A stretch of DNA of 64,000 bases from Lentisphaerota bacterium. Its GTDB lineage: Bacteria; Verrucomicrobiota; Kiritimatiellia; UBA8416; JABMPJ01. A program made the position numbers and the translations under genes. A model generated the notes under the pieces. That model had not been told where the DNA came from and ran no database searches. It saw only the letters and a program-made list of their open reading frames with translations. Of this stretch, positions 53,631 to 63,444 are shown piece by piece. How positions within the stretch are numbered: position 1 is the stretch's first letter; every line of letters begins with the position of its first letter. The stretch lies in NCBI GenBank assembly GCA_013203785.1, contig JABMPJ010000191.1, positions 505 to 64,504 of the forward strand, written 5' to 3'.

Positions 53631-54653
53631 ATGAAGTCATACTTCCTCAGTGACCAGAACCTATCCGCCTTTGTGGAAGGTCTGATGAGCAAGTATCCGG
53701 TCATCGCACCCGTTGCGAAGCGTTCACGTTTCGTCTTTGAGAAGCTGGTCGATGCAAGTGAGCTAAGGCTCGACTACGACACGACGATCCTTCCGCCTAA
53801 GAAGGTCTTCTTCCCGGCCAAACAGGATCTGATCCATTTCGATCAGCATGGATTCACCTGCTGCATCGACCCCACCGAGCAGGTGCTTCTCGGGGCGCAC
53901 CCGCACGATATCAAAGGCATCGCCATGTCAGATATCTTCTACTCGGACCGCCACTGCGACAACAACTACATGGCCAACCGCAAGGCCACGACGATCATCG
54001 GCAGCAGCGTGCAGAATCACTACAAGCACGCCTTCTTCGGCACGATGAACGCCGAACGCCCCTTGACCGGACACGATCTCTTCATGACCGCGATTGAAGG
54101 CGGTTTCGCCGTTGACGTCGTGACCGAACGTGGGGAAGCATTGCTCCCCCTCGGCACATTCGAACCCGCCACCGAGGCGCAGGTTGCCGCCGCAGTCGAG
54201 GTGAATCGCAAGGCTGAGGAGGACTGCCCCGAGAAGCTCAACGGCACAGCCGAAGAGATTCGCGAAAAAGTGCGCACCAGCTTTAAGTCCCCGGTATGGG
54301 AAGCGTTCGCGGAGAAATGCTTCTCCTGCGGTAGCTGCAACATCGTCTGTTGCACCTGCTACTGCTTCGACGTTCAGGACGAATGGAACGTCGACGGTGT
54401 CTCCGGCAGCCGCTTCCGGCTGTGGGACGCCTGCCTCACCCGCGAGTTCTCCGAAGTCACCTCACCGGGCGGCTCCGAAAACTTCCGCGAAGAACGCGGC
54501 GAGCGCTATCGCCACCGTTTCATGCGCAAGGCGGCCTATCTCAACGAGCAGTTGGGTGGCCCAGCCTGCACCGGCTGCGGCCGTTGCTCAGGTGCCTGCA
54601 CGGCGAACATCGCGAACCCGACCACGGTGATCAACAAACTACTGGAGCAATAA
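53631..54653 (+). CDS. hydB: Sulfhydrogenase/group-3b [NiFe]-hydrogenase beta subunit (HydB/AsrA-like iron-sulfur protein)
   Basis: Two Cys clusters CFSCGSCNIVCCTCYC and CTGCGRCSGAC (4Fe-4S). First gene of four translationally coupled genes. RBS aaagggg. Confidence 0.75.
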   Translation: MKSYFLSDQNLSAFVEGLMSKYPVIAPVAKRSRFVFEKLVDASELRLDYDTTILPPKKVFFPAKQDLIHFDQHGFTCCIDPTEQVLLGAHPHDIKGIAMSDIFYSDRHCDNNYMANRKATTIIGSSVQNHYKHAFFGTMNAERPLTGHDLFMTAIEGGFAVDVVTERGEALLPLGTFEPATEAQVAAAVEVNRKAEEDCPEKLNGTAEEIREKVRTSFKSPVWEAFAEKCFSCGSCNIVCCTCYCFDVQDEWNVDGVSGSRFRLWDACLTREFSEVTSPGGSENFREERGERYRHRFMRKAAYLNEQLGGPACTGCGRCSGACTANIANPTTVINKLLEQ

Positions 54654-54654
54654 C

Positions 54655-55497
54655 ATGAGCTGCAGCTGCACAACCGAAACAGAAAGCCTCTTTCTCCCGC
54701 AGGTGGCGGAGATCATTGACGCCAAGATGATCACGGCCACCGAGAAGCACTTCACATTGAAGCTGCAGAACGGGGAGCGCTTTGATTATGCACCCGGCCA
54801 GATTGTGGAAGCCGGACTCTTCGGCTACGGCGAGGTCCCCCTCGGCCTGGCCAGTTCCCCTACCAATGGCACGAGCTTTGACCTGGTCGTCCGCGTCCTG
54901 GGCAAAGTCACCAAGGCCTTAGTCGGACTGGAGAAGGGCGATGTCATGACCATTCGCGGTCCGCTGGGCAACGGCTTCCCCGTTGAGGAGTTCACGGGTA
55001 AGGACGTCCTGATCGTAGCGGGCGGCATCGGGCTCTGTCCGGTCCGCAGCATGATCGAGTACATCCTGCATCACCGCGACGATTTTGGGAGGTTCACGCT
55101 CTTCTTTGGTGCCAAGACCCCCAGCGATCTGCTCTTCGAGGAGGATCTGGAGGCATGGCGCTGCGAAAGCTGCATGCATTACATGGACACGGTCGATACA
55201 CCGGATGCAGCGTGGAAGGGCAATGTCGGCGTGATCACCACGCTCTTTGAGAAGACCGAGGAGATCACCCCCGATACACGCGTCATCATCTGTGGCCCCC
55301 CGATCATGTACAAGTTCGTTATCGCCGAGCTCGATAAACTCGGCGTCGCGCGCTCCAACATCTATGTCGACCTCGAGCGCCGCATGAAATGCGGTGTGGG
55401 CAAGTGCGGCCACTGTCAGATCAACGACAAGTATGTCTGCATGGACGGCCCGGTCTTCCGTTACTCCGATATCCAAACCCTTGAGGAGGCTATATAA
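54655..55497 (+). CDS. hydG: Sulfhydrogenase gamma subunit (FAD/NAD(P)-binding ferredoxin-reductase-like, C-terminal 2Fe-2S)
   Basis: FNR-like flavoprotein fold (…IVAGGIGLCP…). C-terminal CGVGKCGHCQ…C cluster. Start 1 nt after the hydB stop. Confidence 0.75.
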   Translation: MSCSCTTETESLFLPQVAEIIDAKMITATEKHFTLKLQNGERFDYAPGQIVEAGLFGYGEVPLGLASSPTNGTSFDLVVRVLGKVTKALVGLEKGDVMTIRGPLGNGFPVEEFTGKDVLIVAGGIGLCPVRSMIEYILHHRDDFGRFTLFFGAKTPSDLLFEEDLEAWRCESCMHYMDTVDTPDAAWKGNVGVITTLFEKTEEITPDTRVIICGPPIMYKFVIAELDKLGVARSNIYVDLERRMKCGVGKCGHCQINDKYVCMDGPVFRYSDIQTLEEAI

Positions 55498-56246
55498 TGG
55501 CTAAGGTGAAATGCGCATGGTTTGACTTCACATGCTGTGAAGGCTGTCAGATTGAACTGACCAACTTCGGCGAGCCCTTCGTTGATCTTCTTGAACATAT
55601 CGAACCGGTCGAATTCCGGGAAGCGATGTCGGAGAAGACCACCGGCCCGATTGACGTGGCTTTCATCGAAGGCTCCTTCTCACGGGAGGCCGACCGCCGC
55701 CGTCTGGAGCAGATCCGCGAGCGTGCCGCCGTCGTGGTGGCCTACGGCTCGTGTGCCACCAGCGGGGGGGTGAACGCCCTCAAGAATCACACCAACGACT
55801 ACACCGAGGAGGTCTACGGAGCGGACGCCAAGCGTCCCCATCTGGACTCCCAGAAGGCGCTGCCCGTCTCGGCCGCGATCAAGGTGGACTACAACATCCC
55901 CGGATGCCCGATTGATAAGGCCGAGTTCATTCGCGTGGTGGAGCAGCTCGTCCATGGCACTGCCAAGGTCTACATTCCGTCCTACCCGGTTTGCGTCGAA
56001 TGCAAGCGGCGCGAGACGGTCTGCCGCTACGACGACGGCGACCACTGCCTCGGCCCCATCGCTCTGGCCGGGTGCGGTGCCCCCTGCCCCGCTGACGGGA
56101 TTCCTTGCGAAGCCTGTCGCGGCATGGTCAAAGAACCCAACGAGGCGGCCATGGAGCTGGTACTCAAAGAGAACGGTAACCTTCCTGAACGCTGGGCCAA
56201 AGACAAGTCCCGCATGTTCACGGCAAACATCAGAGGGGATGCATAA
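55497..56246 (+). CDS. hydD: [NiFe]-hydrogenase small subunit (group 3, delta subunit)
   Basis: MAKVKCAWFDFTCCEGC… proximal cluster motif and further Cys ligands (CPIDK…CVECKRRETVC). Start overlaps the hydG stop by 1 nt. Confidence 0.8.
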   Translation: MAKVKCAWFDFTCCEGCQIELTNFGEPFVDLLEHIEPVEFREAMSEKTTGPIDVAFIEGSFSREADRRRLEQIRERAAVVVAYGSCATSGGVNALKNHTNDYTEEVYGADAKRPHLDSQKALPVSAAIKVDYNIPGCPIDKAEFIRVVEQLVHGTAKVYIPSYPVCVECKRRETVCRYDDGDHCLGPIALAGCGAPCPADGIPCEACRGMVKEPNEAAMELVLKENGNLPERWAKDKSRMFTANIRGDA

Positions 56247-57589
56247 TGGCAACTCAGAACGCAAAAATTGATGTTCATCACGTCACACGCGTTGAAGGCC
56301 ACGGCAACATCGTGGTCAACGTGACCGACGGCACGATCGAGAAGTGTGAATGGCAGGTTCCGGAAGCGCCGCGCTTTTTTGAAGCGATGGTTCGCGGCCG
56401 CCATTATAGCGAAGTCGCCCGTATCACGAGCCGCATCTGCGGCATCTGCTCGGTCGGCCACACCCTGGCCTCGCTCAAAGCCTCAGAAGCCGCACTCGGT
56501 ATCGAGATCTCACAGCAGACCGATCTGCTGCGTCGCCTACTCAAGCACGCCGAGAACTTCGACTCGCATATCCTGCACGTCTACTTCCTCGTGGCACCCG
56601 ATCTACTGGGCGTCCCCTCGGTCTTCCCGCTGGTGCCCACGCACGGCGACGTGGTCAAGCGTGCCCTGCGCATGAAGCGACTAGGCCATGAGTGGGGCAC
56701 CTGCATTGGCGGACGCACCACACACCCCACCCGCGCGGTGGTGGGCGGATTCGCCTCCCTGCCCGGCGGTGCCCGCAGCGTCCGCGAGGCCGAGGATAAC
56801 CTGCGCGAGCTCAAGGAGAAACTCCTCGGTGCGGTGCCGGATGCCGTGGCGACCTTTGAACTGCTCGGCGAGCTGGCAGGGGGCATTCCGCCTTTTACGC
56901 GGCCAACCGAATACATCGGACTGGTCGACGACAAAGAGTATGGACTCTACGACGGCAAGATTGGTTGCGTGATGCCGGACGGGACGCGCGAGTTGTTTGA
57001 GGTGAGCGACTATCGCTCCGTCACCAACGAGTACATGACCGACCAGTCTACCGCCAAGTTTGCCAAACACAACATGGACAGCTACATGGCTGGGGCCCTG
57101 GCACGCATCAACCTCAACTACGACAGGCTCCATCCCGAAGCCATGAAACTGGCCGAGGGACTCGGTTTCAAGACCCTCTGCTTTAACCCCTACATGAATA
57201 GCGTCGCGCAGTTCATCGAGGCGGTGCACAACGTCTACATGTCGGTCGGCTACATCGACCAGCTCCTCGAGATCGGACTCAAGGACGAGAAGCCGGTCGA
57301 GCCGACCCGATTCGGTCGTGGCGTCGGCGCCACCGAGGTGCCGCGTGGCATCCTCTTCCATGAGTACGAGTACGATCAGGAAGGGTTTTGCACGAAGGGC
57401 AACTGCATCATCCCGACCAACCAGAACCACGGCAACATCCAGCGCGACTTTGACGCCCTGGTGCCGGAACTCCTGGCCATGGACAAGACGGAGAAGGAAA
57501 TGGAGCTGATGCTCGAGATGCTCGTACGCGCGTACGACCCCTGCATCTCTTGCTCGACCCACTACCTCGACGTAACCTTTAAGAAGTAG
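56246..57589 (+). CDS. hydA: [NiFe]-hydrogenase large subunit (group 3b-type)
   Basis: N-terminal RICGICSVGH (RxCGxCxxxH) and C-terminal DPCISCSTH nickel-binding motifs. 447 aa. Confidence 0.9.
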   Translation: MATQNAKIDVHHVTRVEGHGNIVVNVTDGTIEKCEWQVPEAPRFFEAMVRGRHYSEVARITSRICGICSVGHTLASLKASEAALGIEISQQTDLLRRLLKHAENFDSHILHVYFLVAPDLLGVPSVFPLVPTHGDVVKRALRMKRLGHEWGTCIGGRTTHPTRAVVGGFASLPGGARSVREAEDNLRELKEKLLGAVPDAVATFELLGELAGGIPPFTRPTEYIGLVDDKEYGLYDGKIGCVMPDGTRELFEVSDYRSVTNEYMTDQSTAKFAKHNMDSYMAGALARINLNYDRLHPEAMKLAEGLGFKTLCFNPYMNSVAQFIEAVHNVYMSVGYIDQLLEIGLKDEKPVEPTRFGRGVGATEVPRGILFHEYEYDQEGFCTKGNCIIPTNQNHGNIQRDFDALVPELLAMDKTEKEMELMLEMLVRAYDPCISCSTHYLDVTFKK

Positions 57590-57610
57590 TCGGCTTGACC
57601 CGATTACTCT

Positions 57611-57650
57611 GCAGGCGCCCCGGGAAACCGAGGCGCCTGATTTTTTTCTT
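57611..57650 (+). terminator. Rho-independent terminator after the hydrogenase large subunit gene
   Basis: Stem caggcgcc/ggcgcctg with a 12-nt loop, followed by atttttttctt. Confidence 0.75.
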
Positions 57651-57717
57651 GAGTGACAACCGCACTAACCGCATAGCTTGCCATGCAGCAACTGTGGAAC
57701 GCGAAGAAAGAGGGACG

Positions 57718-58179
57718 ATGCGCTATCTATTGGGTTTGGGTAATTACGCCATGGGCGATGACAGCATCGGGCTGCGCCTCGTCGAGCATATTGCGGAGCA
57801 GTGCCTCGACATCGATTTCGAAGCCATCGAGGTTGGCAACAATGGTATGCTGGTCCTCACCTACTTCACCGAGGAGACCGATCTGATCCTCGTGGTGGAC
57901 GCCGTCCGCTTCGGCGGAGCACCGGGCGACTTCACACTCTTCTCGCCTGATGAGGTCGACACCCAGAAGGTCACGGGCGGCATCTCCACGCACGAGGGCG
58001 ATATCCTGAGACTGATTGAGCTGGCCAAACAGATTGATCAGCCCATCCCCCCCATCAGGATCCTCGCCATTGAGCCCTCCTCCATGGACATCGACCAGGG
58101 CCTGTCGCCTGAGCTGGAGTCACGGTTTGAAGAGTATGTTCAAGCGGCAGTTGAGGCTATGCGTCAGGAGCTGGAATAG
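57718..58179 (+). CDS. hycI: Hydrogenase maturation endopeptidase (HycI/HoxW family)
   Basis: MRYLLGLGNYAMGDDSIGLRLVEH… is an HycI-like N-terminus with the conserved Asp/His metal ligands. RBS agaggga. Confidence 0.75.
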   Translation: MRYLLGLGNYAMGDDSIGLRLVEHIAEQCLDIDFEAIEVGNNGMLVLTYFTEETDLILVVDAVRFGGAPGDFTLFSPDEVDTQKVTGGISTHEGDILRLIELAKQIDQPIPPIRILAIEPSSMDIDQGLSPELESRFEEYVQAAVEAMRQELE

Positions 58180-58182
58180 AGG

Positions 58183-60483
58183 ATGGCACCTGCTTGCAGA
58201 CAAACCTTTGAGATTCGCGGGACGATACAGGGCGTCGGGTTTCGGCCGGCGCTCTTTCGGCTGGCGACGGAGCTGGGGCTGGGAGGCTCGGTACAGAACC
58301 GCAGCCAGAGCGTCGAGCTGGTTCTAGAGGGTGAAGCGGCCGATATTGAGCGTTTTCTGGAGCGGCTGCCCGCCGCACTGCCACCGCACGCGCAGATCGA
58401 GGCACTCAAGCCGGTCGGACGCGCAACGGTCGAAACGCCCGCCATCCGATTTGAGATCATTGAGAGTGATGGATCAGGCCACAAGGAGATCCAGATTCCT
58501 GCTGATCTCGCCATGTGCAGCGACTGCCGGGCGGAGATCCTCGACCCCACGGCCCACCGCTACCACTACCCCTTTACCACCTGCACCAACTGCGGTCCGC
58601 GCTACACCGTCGTTAACAGCATGCCCTACGACCGCGAGCGCACCACGCTCAACCGCTTTCCGCTCTGCCCAATCTGTGCGCAGGAGTACCGCGATCCATC
58701 CGACCGCCGCTTCCACGCCGAAACCATTGCCTGCCCAACCTGTGGGCCCACCCTCCAACTCTGCGATCTGAGCGGTGAGCCACGGGAAGGCGACCCGCTT
58801 ATCGCAGCCAGGCAGGCTCTTGCTGAAGGCCGCATCTTGGCCCTGCGCGGGATTGGCGGATTCCTACTGGCCGCTGATGCTATGAATCGCGAGGCGCTGC
58901 TGACGCTGCGTCAACGCAAGGCCCGCCCCGACAAGCCCTTCGCCGTGATGGCACCCTCGCTGGAGGTGGTTAAGCATTTCTGTCTCCTGTCGGATGTCGA
59001 GCGCACCATGCTCACCTCCTCCCAGTCTCCGATCGTCATCCTGCACGTGCGCGCGGAACATACCGGCGCAGGTGGCGAGCTGCCGCTGGACCTGCTCTCG
59101 CCTGACACAGCGACCCTCGGCGTCATGCTGCCCACGTCGCCTCTCCATGTCCTGCTGGCCGGTGAGGGCCTACTCGTCATGACGAGCGGCAATCGGTGCG
59201 GCGAGCCGATCGCCATCGAAAATAGCGAGGCCCTGGCCCGCCTGTCCGATATCGCCGACCTGTTTCTGCTACACGATCGCGAGATCAATCTGCGTTGCGA
59301 CGACTCGCTTTGCATCCAGCAGCAGGGCCATCCGCAGGTTTGGCGCCGCGCCCGCGGCTACGCCCCCCGCGCTCTGCGCCTGCCCCGCACCATCCCCCAA
59401 CCCGTGCTGGCCATGGGCGCCGAGCTGAAGAACGCCATCGGGCTGGGTTATACCGATCACCTCATCCTCTCACCCCACATCGGAGATCTGGAGACACCCG
59501 AGGCCCTGGACGGACTGGAGCAGGCCGTTAAGCTTTTCCCCGCCTTTCTGCAGCAGACCCCCGCTCTCATCGCGGTTGACCTGCATCCCGATATGCACGC
59601 CACCCGCCTGGGACGACGACTCGCTACAGCAGGCGGGCTCCCCGTGCGCGAGGTGCAGCATCACCATGCCCATGGACTGGCCTGCCTGGGTGAACACGGC
59701 CTATGCGAGGGATTGGCCCTGGTCTTCGATGGCACCGGCATGGGCACCGACGGATCCATCTGGGGTGCCGAGTTGCTTGAAATCAGACCGGATGGTTTCT
59801 CCCGCCGCGCCACGTTTGCGCCCGTTTCGCTGCCGGGCGGCGACCAGGCCGTGAAACATCCGGCCCGACAGCTACTAGCGCGCTGGATCGAAGCCGGGGT
59901 CCCCATTACGCCCGATCTCGCCGATCGGCTGGGGGCATCCGATGAAACGCTCATGGCCTGGATAGCGCAAACTACGCACGGCATCAATGCCCCCCTGTCA
60001 CATGCGGCCGGACGCCTGTTTGACGGTTTCGCCGCCGCTATGGGGATCGCGCCTCTCACGGTGAGCTATGAGGGCCAAGCAGCCATCCGTCTCGAGGCGG
60101 CCGCCAAACGCTATGGCGGCCCTCTTTCTGAGGCCTACCCATTCAATGCGAGTGAAGCGGAGGGCATGCTACAGATCGACTGGGCCCCGATGTTTGTGCG
60201 CTGCGCCCGGCCCAGGGGACCCGCCCACGAGACACCCGGCAAGGCCATGGCGTTTCACCGATCTCTTGCTCTCGCGGCCTGTCGAATGGTAGAGTACGGC
60301 TTTTCGCTGAGTGAGCAACGAACCGTGGCCCTGAGTGGTGGTGTTTTCATGAATCAGATTCTAACGGCTCTGGTCACGGAGGCCCTTGAATCCATGGGGG
60401 CCACCGTCCTGCTACATCGAGAAATCCCCCCCAATGATGGGGGCATCGCCGCAGGACAAGTAATGGCGTGTGCTGCCTATTGA
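58183..60483 (+). CDS. hypF: [NiFe]-hydrogenase maturation carbamoyltransferase HypF
   Basis: Acylphosphatase domain (IRGTIQGVGFRP). Two Zn-finger motifs (CSDCRAEI…CTNCGPRYT; CPICAQEY…CPTCGP). YrdC and Kae1/YgjD-like domains. Confidence 0.9.
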   Translation: MAPACRQTFEIRGTIQGVGFRPALFRLATELGLGGSVQNRSQSVELVLEGEAADIERFLERLPAALPPHAQIEALKPVGRATVETPAIRFEIIESDGSGHKEIQIPADLAMCSDCRAEILDPTAHRYHYPFTTCTNCGPRYTVVNSMPYDRERTTLNRFPLCPICAQEYRDPSDRRFHAETIACPTCGPTLQLCDLSGEPREGDPLIAARQALAEGRILALRGIGGFLLAADAMNREALLTLRQRKARPDKPFAVMAPSLEVVKHFCLLSDVERTMLTSSQSPIVILHVRAEHTGAGGELPLDLLSPDTATLGVMLPTSPLHVLLAGEGLLVMTSGNRCGEPIAIENSEALARLSDIADLFLLHDREINLRCDDSLCIQQQGHPQVWRRARGYAPRALRLPRTIPQPVLAMGAELKNAIGLGYTDHLILSPHIGDLETPEALDGLEQAVKLFPAFLQQTPALIAVDLHPDMHATRLGRRLATAGGLPVREVQHHHAHGLACLGEHGLCEGLALVFDGTGMGTDGSIWGAELLEIRPDGFSRRATFAPVSLPGGDQAVKHPARQLLARWIEAGVPITPDLADRLGASDETLMAWIAQTTHGINAPLSHAAGRLFDGFAAAMGIAPLTVSYEGQAAIRLEAAAKRYGGPLSEAYPFNASEAEGMLQIDWAPMFVRCARPRGPAHETPGKAMAFHRSLALAACRMVEYGFSLSEQRTVALSGGVFMNQILTALVTEALESMGATVLLHREIPPNDGGIAAGQVMACAAY

Positions 60484-60515
60484 AACATGGCTAAAGGGAG
60501 GATCTGAAACATCTG

Positions 60516-60642
60516 AATATCCAATATTCAACAAGGAACGCCCAATAACCAAGTAGGCGAGAGTAGAGAATGACAAGTCTCCATGGCTACCATTCGCATT
60601 CCTCACCACTTGTACCTTGGATATTCCTTGTTGGATATTGGG
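60516..60642. repeat. Intergenic (hypF-hypC) region with repeated TTGGATATT 9-mers arranged as an inverted repeat (potential hairpin or regulator-binding array)
   Basis: aatatccaa (60516-60524) and aatattcaa (60525-60533) on one side. ttggatatt appears twice (60617-60625 and 60631-60639) on the other. Arms …atatccaa[tattc]aacaaggaa / ttccttgttggatat are reverse-complementary apart from a 6-nt insertion, with a ~70-nt spacer. Confidence 0.5.
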
Positions 60643-60683
60643 TGTTGATATAGATCCCCGGAGAGACGAAGGAGTTACCGAGT

Positions 60684-60917
60684 ATGTGTTTGGCTGTCCC
60701 CATGTTGATCAAAGAGATCTTCTCTCCTCATCGTGGCCTCTGTGACCTGGATGGTAGTCTGCAGGAGGTGGACATCTCGTTGATCGAGGACGCGGTTGTC
60801 GGCGACTACGTCATCATTCACGCTGGCTTTGCGATCGAACGACTCGATCGCGAGGAGGCCGACACACGACTGGCACTCTTTGAGGAGTTGGCCACACTGC
60901 GGGAGGCCTTGGTATGA
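60684..60917 (+). CDS. hypC: Hydrogenase maturation factor HypC
   Basis: MCLAVPMLI… conserved N-terminal Cys. 77 aa. RBS gaaggag. Confidence 0.9.
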   Translation: MCLAVPMLIKEIFSPHRGLCDLDGSLQEVDISLIEDAVVGDYVIIHAGFAIERLDREEADTRLALFEELATLREALV

Positions 60918-62041
60918 AGTATATTGAAGGATTCCGCAATCCCGGCGCTGCGGCCGCCCTGCGCGAGGATATCCGAGCCTTGACGGAAGCCCTGCCCCCG
61001 TCCCTCCTTCGCCAAGGCTACGGAGGGCAAGCCAACCGCACGACCAATATCATGGAGGTGTGCGGCAGCCACACCATGGCCATCGCGCGCTATGGCATCC
61101 GCGACATACTGCCTAGCCAGATCAAGTTGATCAGCGGTCCGGGCTGTCCGGTCTGTGTGACCGATGCCGGCTATATCGACACGGCCATCGAACTGGCCCG
61201 CCGCGGTGTGACCATCGTCACCTTTGGCGACATGCTCAACGTCCCCGGCTCCGACACCTCGCTGGCCGCCGTCCGATCCGAGGGACACAGCATCGAGATA
61301 TGCTACTCGCCCCTCCGTGCGCTTGAGCTCGCACGGGAATTCCCCGAGCGGGAGATTGTCTTCCTGGCCATCGGGTTTGAAACCACCGTGGCCCCGGCCT
61401 TGGCGGTGATTGACCAAGCCATTGCCGCGGGGGTCGAGAATCTCTCGCTTCTCGTCGCCTTCAAACTGGTACCACCCGCCTTGGCCGCCCTCATGACCGA
61501 TCCGGATCTCCAAATCGACGCCTTCCTCTGTCCGGCCCACGTCAGCGCCATCATCGGCGCCGATGCCTACCAGCCTTTCACGGGAAGCGAGGGCGTGCCC
61601 TGTGTAATTGCAGGCTTCGAACCGCTCGATATTCTGCTGGGCTTGAAGGGTATTCTGACACAACTCGGCAGTGGGATCGCCGAGGTTGATAACCAGTACT
61701 CACGTGTCGTCACCGATGCAGGCAACCGCCGCGCCCAGGCCCTGATGGAGACCTACTTGGAGCCTGCGGACGTCTCATGGCGCGGTATCGGCGTGATCCC
61801 CGCCAGCGGGCTGGCCCTCAAGGCCGAATGGAGCCGCTACGATGCCGAGCAACGCCACAATGTGCGAGTCGAGGTTGGTAAGATGGATCCTGCCTGCCGA
61901 TGCGGCGATGTGATCAAGGGCATTGCGAGCCCCTTCGACTGTCCTATGTTCGGCAACGTCTGCACCCCTAGCAGTCCCTTTGGCCCCTGCATGGTCAGCT
62001 CAGAAGGCTCCTGCGCGGCCTACTACAAGTATTCGAGGTAG
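60914..62041 (+). CDS. hypD: Hydrogenase maturation factor HypD
   Basis: HypD motifs CGSHT, GPGCPVC and C-terminal CxxC…C. Overlaps the hypC stop (ATGA). Confidence 0.9.
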   Translation: MKYIEGFRNPGAAAALREDIRALTEALPPSLLRQGYGGQANRTTNIMEVCGSHTMAIARYGIRDILPSQIKLISGPGCPVCVTDAGYIDTAIELARRGVTIVTFGDMLNVPGSDTSLAAVRSEGHSIEICYSPLRALELAREFPEREIVFLAIGFETTVAPALAVIDQAIAAGVENLSLLVAFKLVPPALAALMTDPDLQIDAFLCPAHVSAIIGADAYQPFTGSEGVPCVIAGFEPLDILLGLKGILTQLGSGIAEVDNQYSRVVTDAGNRRAQALMETYLEPADVSWRGIGVIPASGLALKAEWSRYDAEQRHNVRVEVGKMDPACRCGDVIKGIASPFDCPMFGNVCTPSSPFGPCMVSSEGSCAAYYKYSR

Positions 62042-63055
62042 ATGATGGCGACGAGCCCACGAATTTTGCTGGCACATGGAGGCGGGGGGCAACTCTCGCG
62101 GGAGTTGATTGATCGTGAAATCGTCTCGCGTTTTGGGGCGGGGCCGCTGCAGGGGCTCCCGGATGGGGCCACTGTCGCAGTGGATGGTCCTGAGGTCATT
62201 TTTACGACAGATAGTTTTGTGGTGCAGCCGATTGAATTCCCCGGTGGCAACATCGGGGACCTGGCCGTGCATGGAACGGTCAATGACTTGGCGGTCTGCG
62301 GGGCACGGCCACGCTGGCTATCGCTGGCCCTGATTTTGGAGGAGGGGCTGGAGATCGAGCTGCTGCGCCGCGTCCTCGACAGCGTTAAGGCGGCCGCGGA
62401 CGACAGCGGCGTGACAGTCGCCACGGGCGATACCAAGGTCGTGGCACGCGGCCAGTGCGATGGACTCTTTGTCAATACAGCCGGCATCGGCGACCGACTG
62501 CCCGGTTTTGAGCTTTCACCAAAGTACCTGCGTGAAGGCGATCACGTTTTAGTGAGTGGACCGATCGGCGACCACGGGTTTGCCGTCCTGGCCGCGCGCG
62601 AAAACATCCACATCAAGAATGGACCCAAAAGCGACAGCGCACCCGTCCATCGACTGGTACAGGCGGCAAGCGACTGGGCCGCAGAGGTCCGTTTCATGCG
62701 TGACCCCACCCGCGGGGGACTCGCCTCGGTGCTTAATGAGATGGTGGAGAATTCAGCCATAGGCATCCAGATCCAGGAAGAGCGGATTCCGCTCTCTGCT
62801 GGCGCCAGCGCGGTAAGTGAGCTGCTCGGTCTCGACCCGCTGCATGTCGCCTCCGAGGGACGCCTTCTGATGGTCTGTAGTGCTGCTGCAGCACCCGCCA
62901 TCCTCGACACGTGGCAGGCCATGCCGGAGGGCTGCGGGGCGCGCGACATCGGGACGGTCACAGACGCAGCCGGGCGCGTCGTCCTCGAAACCCTGATGGG
63001 GGGGCACCGTCTGGTCGATGTGCCACGCGGCGAGCTCTTGCCGAGAATCTGCTAA
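62042..63055 (+). CDS. hypE: Hydrogenase maturation factor HypE
   Basis: AIR-synthase-like fold (LAHGGGG N-terminus). C-terminal …PRIC with the conserved terminal Cys. Confidence 0.9.
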   Translation: MMATSPRILLAHGGGGQLSRELIDREIVSRFGAGPLQGLPDGATVAVDGPEVIFTTDSFVVQPIEFPGGNIGDLAVHGTVNDLAVCGARPRWLSLALILEEGLEIELLRRVLDSVKAAADDSGVTVATGDTKVVARGQCDGLFVNTAGIGDRLPGFELSPKYLREGDHVLVSGPIGDHGFAVLAARENIHIKNGPKSDSAPVHRLVQAASDWAAEVRFMRDPTRGGLASVLNEMVENSAIGIQIQEERIPLSAGASAVSELLGLDPLHVASEGRLLMVCSAAAAPAILDTWQAMPEGCGARDIGTVTDAAGRVVLETLMGGHRLVDVPRGELLPRIC

Positions 63056-63408
63056 TGCATGAACTGGGCATAGCTGAGACGATTCTACAGCGGGTAGAGG
63101 CCATTCGCGTCGAGAACGGCGCGGTCGGCATCGCTGCGGTGCAACTTCAAATTGGCGATTTGTCGGGCGTCGATGTCTTCTCGCTGGAGCTGGCCTTCGG
63201 TGTAGCCACCGAGAACACGCGCTTTGCCGATACCCGATGGGAGTTTGAGCGGATCGCGGCTAGCGTCGCGTGCCGAGCTTGCGGAGCGACCACGACCCCG
63301 GATGGCCCGTTTCCGATCTGCATGGCCTGCGACTCGACCGATGTGGAGATTGTCGCGGGGCGCGAGCTTATGATAGATACAGTGGAGGTCGCAAGCACGG
63401 CCGACTAA
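63055..63408 (+). CDS. hypA: Hydrogenase nickel insertion protein HypA
   Basis: MHELGIAETIL N-terminus (Ni-binding MHE). Zn site CRACG…CMACD. Start overlaps the hypE stop by 1 nt. The ORF-track extension at 62911 was rejected. Confidence 0.85.
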   Translation: MHELGIAETILQRVEAIRVENGAVGIAAVQLQIGDLSGVDVFSLELAFGVATENTRFADTRWEFERIAASVACRACGATTTPDGPFPICMACDSTDVEIVAGRELMIDTVEVASTAD

Positions 63409-63444
63409 TGGTTATTGGGAGATGGGAATCTGAGGAGTTAAGCT

